Virus record (IMG/VR): IMGVR_UViG_3300032214_000555
Span: 1-63,571 of that record
From: a virus
Taxonomy: Duplodnaviria; Caudoviricetes
Direction: 5' to 3' (one strand)
DNA: 63,571 nucleotides
Part shown: one piece after another, positions 56,740 through 63,571 of the stretch
How the letters are laid out: each line of letters opens with the position of its first letter
Numbering within the stretch: position 1 is the stretch's first letter
Notes under the pieces: generated by a model
What the model was told of the DNA's origin: nothing
Database searches by the model: none
The model's input: the letters and a program-made list of their open reading frames with translations, nothing else
Made by a program: the position numbers and the translations under genes

Positions 56740-56777
56740 TTGAATGTATATTTATAAATAAAATATAAAGAAAAACT

Positions 56778-58472
56778 ATGAAAGGAATTATTCTTGGAAC
56801 AGACCTATTAGAACATAATGGTGATGTTAAAATATTAGAAACAAATACAAATACTACAACATTTAATGAAGGCTCAGACCTATTGGATTACGATGCCTTA
56901 TTTACTATGTTGGTATCAAATTCAATAACTGAATTTCATTATATATGGACGGAGCAATCTGCGTATCTACCTGGAAACCAACCTTACAGATTTAAAGCAA
57001 TATTAGAACAAAAATGTTCCGAAAATAATATAACATTTACCGATTACATTGTATCATATGGTTCAGTTACAGTTCCGTATATTGAAGATGCTTCCCATAA
57101 ATTTATTTTAAGACAATCATACGATACAACTGCATTGGTAGATGATACTTATTGTGCGGATAAATTTGAATTTTTCTCTTTAATGAGTGGTTCTTCATAC
57201 ATCCCAAATACATATCAAAATGATGAAACATTAGGTATTGACACTATCAATACAATAACCGATAATGGTAGTAATCCAAACGTTTTAATAAAATCTAGAT
57301 ATCCAACGTATGATACTGGATTGTATCCAGAATTGCATATATTATCAACCGATGAGGAATTAACTGCATTAAAATCTGAAACTCCTGCAAATTATTTATT
57401 ACAAGAATTTATATTTGATGAAACAAATTTAGTAGAAGGTAGATACTCAATTATTAGAAGTATGGATATTATATATGGTAGCAATTTAGATGTTATCAAT
57501 ATGGGTGGATATAAACAATCTACCGTTCTCCCACTTGAATTTACTCCAACTGAATTATTAACCGGTACTACTAAACTAAATCAAAAAAGTAAATACAAAT
57601 ATATTACAAAAGAAATAGGTAGACAAAAAGGAGTTGAGTTTCATACCGATGATGATAGTATGATATTAGATTATACTGGTTCATTGATAGATGTTGATAC
57701 TATAAAATTAGGTGATTACGTTAAATCTATAAATTTTGAAGATAAAGGTGGTTATAACGCTGCCGATTTTACAGCAGATATTACGACTTACAGATGGGAT
57801 TCCACTCTGCAATTATCAAATGAAACTTTAACACAAACATCATCTAGTTTGCAAGAAATCATTTCAACATCGGTTGATACTTTATATATAAGATTAACAT
57901 TAGAAGATGGTAGAACATGGGTTGATTCACCAGCTTGTACATATTATATTGAAGAATCGGGCTCATTAGTTACAAGATTTGAAAAATTAAATAAAATGTA
58001 TGTTGGTGATAAGTTGGTAATAACGGATTCTACTACAAACGCATTAACTACGATTGCTATTGCCGGACTAGAAATGGAACACGCTCAAAAAGTAATTTAT
58101 ACATTAAATTTTGAACCATCGGATTTATTTTTAGTGGATATTGATGGTGGTGATTTTGGTATAATGCACAACGGTTGTTGGTGTCCATCTTCATACTGTG
58201 GAAATTATTGTCTTGAATATACCTGCCCTTTTTGTACAGGTGGATTTAAATCAGATATATCATTTAAAGAAAATGTAAATTTAATTGGAAAGTCATCGTT
58301 GGGAATTAACATATATCAATTCAATTATATAGGTGAAGAGGGATTATATGAAGGTATAATAGCACAAGAATTAATAGGGACTGAATATGAATCTGCTTTA
58401 TCTTTAAATGAAGATGGAAAATATTTAGTAGATTATAATAAAATTGATGTTGAATTTAAAAAAATAAATTAA
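56778..58472 (+). CDS. Polyprotein: circularly permuted ATP-grasp + Hint domain + Cys-rich peptide + peptidase S74/ICA domain
   Basis: GTD..ILETNTN at the N-terminus, LIKSR, LLQEFI; IKLGDYVKS..VGDKL..IYTLNFE..MHN; GCWC..6 Cys; SDISFKEN..GINIYQFNY..GIIAQEL..VDYNKI. Confidence 0.75.
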   Translation: MKGIILGTDLLEHNGDVKILETNTNTTTFNEGSDLLDYDALFTMLVSNSITEFHYIWTEQSAYLPGNQPYRFKAILEQKCSENNITFTDYIVSYGSVTVPYIEDASHKFILRQSYDTTALVDDTYCADKFEFFSLMSGSSYIPNTYQNDETLGIDTINTITDNGSNPNVLIKSRYPTYDTGLYPELHILSTDEELTALKSETPANYLLQEFIFDETNLVEGRYSIIRSMDIIYGSNLDVINMGGYKQSTVLPLEFTPTELLTGTTKLNQKSKYKYITKEIGRQKGVEFHTDDDSMILDYTGSLIDVDTIKLGDYVKSINFEDKGGYNAADFTADITTYRWDSTLQLSNETLTQTSSSLQEIISTSVDTLYIRLTLEDGRTWVDSPACTYYIEESGSLVTRFEKLNKMYVGDKLVITDSTTNALTTIAIAGLEMEHAQKVIYTLNFEPSDLFLVDIDGGDFGIMHNGCWCPSSYCGNYCLEYTCPFCTGGFKSDISFKENVNLIGKSSLGINIYQFNYIGEEGLYEGIIAQELIGTEYESALSLNEDGKYLVDYNKIDVEFKKIN

Positions 58473-58473
58473 T

Positions 58474-58608
58474 ATGGCAATTACAACAGTAGAAAGACCT
58501 ACAACGGTCATAAAAAACATAGTAGCACCAATTTCTTCCGCAGAAAAAACACAAATTGCAGCTGCGGTTCAAGAAATTGTTAATAGAATTAAAGCTAAAC
58601 ATTTGTAG
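58474..58608 (+). CDS. Small protein, 44 aa (MAITTVERPTTVIKNIVAPISSAEKTQIAAAVQEIVNRIKAKHL)
   Basis: Read by hand; exactly fills the gap. Confidence 0.7.
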   Translation: MAITTVERPTTVIKNIVAPISSAEKTQIAAAVQEIVNRIKAKHL

Positions 58609-58611
58609 TTT

Positions 58612-59136
58612 ATGAATGTTTTGATTATATCTTTGCCTAGAACGGGTTCTACCGAATTGGGCAAAGATATATCTATTAAGCGTAAAATAAAATACGAGTG
58701 TGAACCATTTAATGGTGGGAATGTGTTATTAACTAATTTCGATTTAAACAATATAGTTTTAAAAACAATCTTATTTCATTTACCATCGTATGTAAATGAA
58801 TCCAATCGAATCAATTGGCTAATTGAACTTTCTAAAAATTTTAATGAAGTAATTTTACTATCACGTAGAAATTTAATTAATTGTGCCGAAAGTTGGGCAT
58901 ATTTGCAATATAACGAAAAACAAAAAAGTTTTAAAGCAGATGAACCGTATCTTTGGGAAAGAACTCCAAACTTTGATAAGGAATTTGAATTTATTCAAAA
59001 GTGTAATGATGAATTGGTGTATATATCTAAAAAATTAAATATCCCAATAACATACTATGAAGATATATATAATGAGAATGATTCAAATAAATTGAGGAAA
59101 GGTAATAGATTTGATTATTCTAAAAATATAATCTAA
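58612..59136 (+). CDS. Sulfotransferase-like protein
   Basis: IISLPRTGST, EPFN, LSRRN...AESW, YYEDI; ends KNII. Confidence 0.75.
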   Translation: MNVLIISLPRTGSTELGKDISIKRKIKYECEPFNGGNVLLTNFDLNNIVLKTILFHLPSYVNESNRINWLIELSKNFNEVILLSRRNLINCAESWAYLQYNEKQKSFKADEPYLWERTPNFDKEFEFIQKCNDELVYISKKLNIPITYYEDIYNENDSNKLRKGNRFDYSKNII

Positions 59137-59144
59137 TAAAAGTT

Positions 59145-60392
59145 ATGAAGTTATACATACATCATTATTATCAAAAATCTATATTTTACAAAATAGCACA
59201 CAATACCACAGATAGAGAATACTTTATTGAAAATGGTGAAGGTATTGTAAAATGTAAATATAATGGTGTTGATATTGAAATAGTATTCAAACAAGAAATA
59301 AGTTTTGAAGATGATGGATACCATATATTAGATTACTTTACTGCTCTTTTCTACGGAAGCAATGACCCAAAGATTGGATATATCCATAGGGATGAGCATT
59401 ATATGGAAAGAGAAACTCAACAGATTCTATCTATATATAAAAATCTTTTAAAAGATGTTCCTAAAAATCAAAAATGGATATTCACCTATTTTAGAACAGA
59501 AAAGATATTTCAAACAAACGATGCATCTATATATGATGAAAAGTGGTTTGAAATAGAACAGATGCTTTCTAATTTAGGTAATCACCATATTATAATTGAT
59601 AATGTGTTTTTGACAAATAGTTCGGAGAGTAAATATCCCAATCTACATTTTTCTTTAACTAATACTATTTTCCAATGGAATGAAATAATTGCAATCCGTT
59701 GGTTCTATGAATTTAAGCAAATTTATAATAAGTTGAATTTTGATTATGATTTAATGTATAGTATTAAAAATCATAAAATAAATCGTGTGAATATTATAAA
59801 TGAATTAGGAAAGCTGAATCAACCTAAATTATTATTACAACACACAGATGCTCTTCAAAATCCAGATTATCAAAAACGTTCACCTCAATTAAAAAATATT
59901 CACACTAACTCAATATACGGAGATACTGATTTTTCCGATGTTAGTTGGATTGAAAATCATAGAGGATATATGGATATGTTTTTTAGAGTTTTACCAAAAG
60001 CCAAAATGCAAATTCTTTGTGAAAGTTGGTCGTGGGATAATAGAGAATTTGCATCACAATATCTTTCCGAAAAAACATTTGCATTTATTTTAGCAGGTAT
60101 CCCATTCATATCAACGCACGAATATCCATTACAAATTCTACAAAAAATATTAGATTTACCACCACATCCGTTCTATAAAGAATCTGTTAAATTTAAAACA
60201 AATGGTAAGTTGTTTGCAGAGTTTGTATCTGAGTTTTTGAATAACTTTGATGAAAATTACATCCTATGCAAAGAATGGTCTGATTTGGCACATACTAAAT
60301 TAATAGAATTGGTTGAGAGTAAAAATTCACTATTAGATTTAATTTCAAAAAATTTTCAAAAACCAAACATATCTTCTAAATCTATAATATAA
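59145..60392 (+). CDS. Glycosyltransferase-like protein (GT-B, EKT motif)
   Basis: QILCES, YLSEKTF..IPFI; ends KSII. Confidence 0.65.
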   Translation: MKLYIHHYYQKSIFYKIAHNTTDREYFIENGEGIVKCKYNGVDIEIVFKQEISFEDDGYHILDYFTALFYGSNDPKIGYIHRDEHYMERETQQILSIYKNLLKDVPKNQKWIFTYFRTEKIFQTNDASIYDEKWFEIEQMLSNLGNHHIIIDNVFLTNSSESKYPNLHFSLTNTIFQWNEIIAIRWFYEFKQIYNKLNFDYDLMYSIKNHKINRVNIINELGKLNQPKLLLQHTDALQNPDYQKRSPQLKNIHTNSIYGDTDFSDVSWIENHRGYMDMFFRVLPKAKMQILCESWSWDNREFASQYLSEKTFAFILAGIPFISTHEYPLQILQKILDLPPHPFYKESVKFKTNGKLFAEFVSEFLNNFDENYILCKEWSDLAHTKLIELVESKNSLLDLISKNFQKPNISSKSII

Positions 60393-61084
60393 TGGATGTT
60401 ATATTTACATACCTACCAATTAGATTAAAAGATATTACTGAAATTTATTTGAAGTATAGTATTGATAATCTAAATAAACAAAATATTGAACCAATTATAT
60501 ACTCTGATATAGATTATTTTAATCACACCAACTTAAAGTATAAATGGATTCGGTTTGATGTTGATGATAGGTATAAGGTAGATGGGTTGTGGTCTTATCC
60601 TAAATTAAAAGTATTATCAATAATCGATAAACCATTTATACATTTGGATAATGATTTGATTGTAGAAGATTTTAGTAAGTTAATTAAAATACTAAATCCA
60701 AAAGAATTAAATATATGCTATAAACATTTGGTTAATGATGTTAATAGTTTTATTGAAATTTTTAAAAAATATTCAAACAAAAAACTTAACTTTGAATATT
60801 TGAATAATACATCTATTATAGCTACGGAACAATATCAATTAGTTAATAAATCATATATAGAGGTGTTAGATGTTATAGATTCGAATTATGATTTCTTTTT
60901 GAATAGATATAATACCATACCACCTATTACTCTAAATCAGCAATATCCAAATTTATATTTCAATAACATACATTATTTATTTGATGAAAACCCACCCTAT
61001 GGTAATTTAAATATAAATGGAATATGCCACCTGGCAGAAAAGCAAATGGAAAAAATATTTATTACAGATAACAAACTTATATAA
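60392..61084 (+). CDS. GT-A-like (DUF6734-like) protein
   Basis: LWSYPKL..PFIHLDND, NQQ, CHL; ends NKLI. Confidence 0.7.
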   Translation: MDVIFTYLPIRLKDITEIYLKYSIDNLNKQNIEPIIYSDIDYFNHTNLKYKWIRFDVDDRYKVDGLWSYPKLKVLSIIDKPFIHLDNDLIVEDFSKLIKILNPKELNICYKHLVNDVNSFIEIFKKYSNKKLNFEYLNNTSIIATEQYQLVNKSYIEVLDVIDSNYDFFLNRYNTIPPITLNQQYPNLYFNNIHYLFDENPPYGNLNINGICHLAEKQMEKIFITDNKLI

Positions 61085-61773
61085 TGAATACAATTTGGGC
61101 ATTTGGTGATTCTATGACATTTGGACATGGTTGCAATATAGAGTGTGAATCTGAAACTAAAATCAATTATTTACCTTTCAAAAAAGATGGAGATGATATT
61201 TGGACAAATCATTTGGCTAAACTATTAAATTATAATGTTGTAAATTTAGGAAAGAACGGGGCATCAAATGATTATATTTTAGATTGTATAATAGATAATT
61301 ACGATTCTATACAACCAAATGATGTTGTAGTAATTAATATGACACTACATGGTAGAATGGAAGTTCCGTTTAAAAGTGGAACGTATAGTATATTATCTGG
61401 CTATGAAAAGAATAAAACATTTATGGATGATATAGAACCACAGATATATCATGCAAAAAAACAAACAAAGGAGGAGGATGATGAGAAGATAGAATCACTA
61501 ATTAATTTCCAATATCATTTTTCAAATCATCAGTTTTACAAAGATAGACATACTAAAAGATTTAATTTTATTAAAGATAGGTTATTGAACGAACGCAAGG
61601 TAAAATGTGTGTATTTATGGTCTTTGGAAGATGATGACGGAGTATATGCTTCATTTGAAACTATACAAGATGCGACAAACGGTTTAGTAAATGATACACA
61701 TTTTTCATTTAATGGTCATTTTAACTTTGCTCATTTCTTAAATAAATTGGTTTCTACCAAAAGGTTAATATAG
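61084..61773 (+). CDS. SGNH-hydrolase-like protein
   Basis: WAFGDSMTFG, NLGKNGASN, DTHFSFNGH; ends KRLI. Confidence 0.8.
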   Translation: MNTIWAFGDSMTFGHGCNIECESETKINYLPFKKDGDDIWTNHLAKLLNYNVVNLGKNGASNDYILDCIIDNYDSIQPNDVVVINMTLHGRMEVPFKSGTYSILSGYEKNKTFMDDIEPQIYHAKKQTKEEDDEKIESLINFQYHFSNHQFYKDRHTKRFNFIKDRLLNERKVKCVYLWSLEDDDGVYASFETIQDATNGLVNDTHFSFNGHFNFAHFLNKLVSTKRLI

Positions 61774-61814
61774 AATAATTTGTAAATTTAACATTTTTTT
61801 CGTATATTAGTAAT

Positions 61815-62132
61815 ATGATTATAGTTCCACAAACCCTTATAACAGAGTCTAGCTTCAACAAATGGAAGTGCCACAGACTCGAAGTAGAAGATGGAGAAGA
61901 CTCCTATCACTACTATGTAATCCCTTTAATTGATATTGATGAAGATGAAATACCTGAAATGGAATTTGCTCCCGTATTATTTAGTTCGGAATCAGATGCC
62001 TTTGTAGGAGAAGATGGCGAACCGGTATATACAATTAGGTTATTTGATGAAGATATGCCTGAATTAGAAACCGAAGAGGAAGTAGAAATACTTTACAAAA
62101 TTTTAACAAAAAAAGATTTATTTCTGAAATGA
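61815..62132 (+). CDS. Acidic hypothetical protein
   Basis: ORF after a promoter motif. Confidence 0.75.
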   Translation: MIIVPQTLITESSFNKWKCHRLEVEDGEDSYHYYVIPLIDIDEDEIPEMEFAPVLFSSESDAFVGEDGEPVYTIRLFDEDMPELETEEEVEILYKILTKKDLFLK

Positions 62133-62237
62133 TTAGGAAAAGTAAAATATTTTTCGTATATTTGGGGTATCTTTTTATAGTAGCTTAAAGCAGCTTAGCA
62201 GCTTCACAACTTAATATTCAATTTAAACTTTCAAACA

Positions 62238-62891
62238 ATGAGACAAAAAACAGAAGAAGAATTAAAACAAAACTACACAAGGTTCATAGGAATCATTAAC
62301 AAATACTTTACAGGAGAAAGATTGGAGAAATTACTCCATATGTATTCAGAATCAGAGTTGGGTATCAACCTAACATTAGCACCAGCAAGTGGAAACGTAA
62401 ATTATCATAATGCTTATATTGGTGGGTATATTGACCATATTTTTAATGTTACAAAGAATGCTTTAAGAATGAAAGAAACTTTTGCTGCCGCAGGTGGTGA
62501 AATCGACTTTACTGATGAGGAGTTAGTATTTACTGCTTTGCATCATGATTTAGGTAAGTTAGGAACAAAAGATAATTTACATTATATTCAGAACGATTCT
62601 GATTGGCATATTAAAAACAGAGGTGATGCTTTCAAAATGAATTCAGATAATTCATATATGACACTTACTGATAGAACTTTCTTTACTCTAAATCATTATG
62701 GTATTACTTACAATGAGAAAGAGTATTTTGGAATTAAACTTACGGATGGTATGTTTGATGAGGAAAATATTAAATACTACAAAACGCACGATATTTCTAA
62801 AAGTTTGAGATACAACATTCAGTACATTATGCATTGGGCAGATTATATGAGTACCATTATAGAACGACAAAATTTCCGAAATTCACAATAG
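62238..62891 (+). CDS. HD-domain phosphohydrolase (YhaM-like)
   Basis: APAS...YHNA..GGY.DH, LHHDLGK, HWAD. Confidence 0.88.
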   Translation: MRQKTEEELKQNYTRFIGIINKYFTGERLEKLLHMYSESELGINLTLAPASGNVNYHNAYIGGYIDHIFNVTKNALRMKETFAAAGGEIDFTDEELVFTALHHDLGKLGTKDNLHYIQNDSDWHIKNRGDAFKMNSDNSYMTLTDRTFFTLNHYGITYNEKEYFGIKLTDGMFDEENIKYYKTHDISKSLRYNIQYIMHWADYMSTIIERQNFRNSQ

Positions 62892-62903
62892 TAGGAGTAG
62901 AAA

Positions 62904-62947
62904 GTATGACAAAGTGTCATACTTTTTTTATTTGGTATAGAAATTGA
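62904..62947 (+). promoter_or_regulatory. Palindromic operator plus sigma54-like promoter
   Basis: GTATGACA-AAG-TGTCATAC, then TGGTATAGAAATTGA (GG-N10-GA). Confidence 0.55.
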
Positions 62948-62980
62948 ACCTTTATATTTAAACTTTAAACACTTAATATT

Positions 62981-63373
62981 ATGAGCACATACAAAAGCAA
63001 AACAACCTACACATCAAATTTAGATGATTTATTTTTAGATTGGGATAATTTATTCTCCCATGCTAAACAAAATGTATTTTCTGATTACACTACAAAAGAA
63101 TTAGAAGATGGTAAAGTTGAATTAACAGTAAATGTATTAGGACACGACCCTAAACAAATCAATTTGGAAGCAACAGAAGACCGTATTACAATTAAATCAA
63201 CCAAACCAGATGGAGCATCTGCTTTAATTAAAGATATTGATTTTAGCTTTAAATTAGGTAAAGATTACGATGGTACTAAATCGGAAGCTAAATTCAACAA
63301 TGGGGTACTTTCTATCATCATAGATAAAAAAGATGAAAGAAAGGCAAAAAAATTATCTATTAATATTAGGTAA
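62981..63373 (+). CDS. Small heat-shock protein (Hsp20/alpha-crystallin)
   Basis: VLGHDPKQI.L..LTI; EAKFNNGVLSI; C-terminal I-x-I. Confidence 0.88.
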   Translation: MSTYKSKTTYTSNLDDLFLDWDNLFSHAKQNVFSDYTTKELEDGKVELTVNVLGHDPKQINLEATEDRITIKSTKPDGASALIKDIDFSFKLGKDYDGTKSEAKFNNGVLSIIIDKKDERKAKKLSINIR

Positions 63374-63397
63374 TTTGGGTTATTTTTCGTATATTTG

Positions 63398-63430
63398 ATG
63401 AGTGGGGCAATTATGTTCCACTCATTTTTT
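63398..63430 (+). terminator. Intrinsic terminator
   Basis: ATGAGTGGGGCA-ATTA-TGTTCCACTCAT-TTTTT. Confidence 0.8.
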
Positions 63431-63451
63431 ATATATAAAATATTTATTACT

Positions 63452-63571
63452 ATGAGTATGATGTACAAACAACAGGTTCTCAACCTAACAGAAGTAATGG
63501 CAGGTAAATTGAGAATCATCGAAGGAGCTGCTAATGGAGCAATGCAGTTATCACACGCTGAAATCCTACAA
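63452..63571 (+). CDS. Hypothetical protein (5' part, runs off the window)
   Basis: MSMMYKQQVLNLTEVMAGKLRIIEG... after an ATATTTAT motif. Confidence 0.65.
   Translation, partial: MSMMYKQQVLNLTEVMAGKLRIIEGAANGAMQLSHAEILQ

Noticed and set aside
57640-58172. Canonical splicing intein
   Set aside because: No N-terminal Cys/Ser, no block-B His, and +1 is Gly; only C-terminal cleavage is plausible

Overview
A 63.6 kb segment of a large (jumbo-type) tailed phage that infects a Bacteroidota host. The host assignment rests on Bacteroidetes-type promoters (TTG...TAnnTTTG), AT-rich ribosome-binding regions without Shine-Dalgarno, Bacteroidetes-style lipoprotein and beta-barrel genes, and a tmRNA tag GEYNYAIAA. 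Almost all genes are on the + strand and use the standard code. Layout: (i) envelope/phosphate-scavenging-like genes and a block of small proteins sharing an N-terminal MIKLKDLLxE peptide (1-11.7 kb); (ii) a 7 kb RNA island with tmRNA, 25 tRNAs covering all 20 amino acids, a GOLLD-like giant RNA, several unrecognised structured RNAs and two enlarged tRNA-like RNAs (11.7-18.8 kb); (iii) accessory/early genes including a vWA+MoxR AAA pair, thyA, apt, a nucleosidase, a B12 radical SAM enzyme and repeated promoter-stem-loop cassettes; (iv) a tailoring-enzyme cluster (53.6-61.8 kb). Two candidate new systems stand out. The first is a 43-codon leader peptide that contains all 20 amino acids and is wired to a terminator/antiterminator directly upstream of the tRNA array, i.e. 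a putative 'any-tRNA-depletion' attenuator. The second is an ATP-grasp-Hint-Cys-rich-peptide-S74 polyprotein surrounded by modifying enzymes that share a C-terminal K-x-[LI]-I tag. All calls were made by eye; family names need HMM or covariance-model confirmation.
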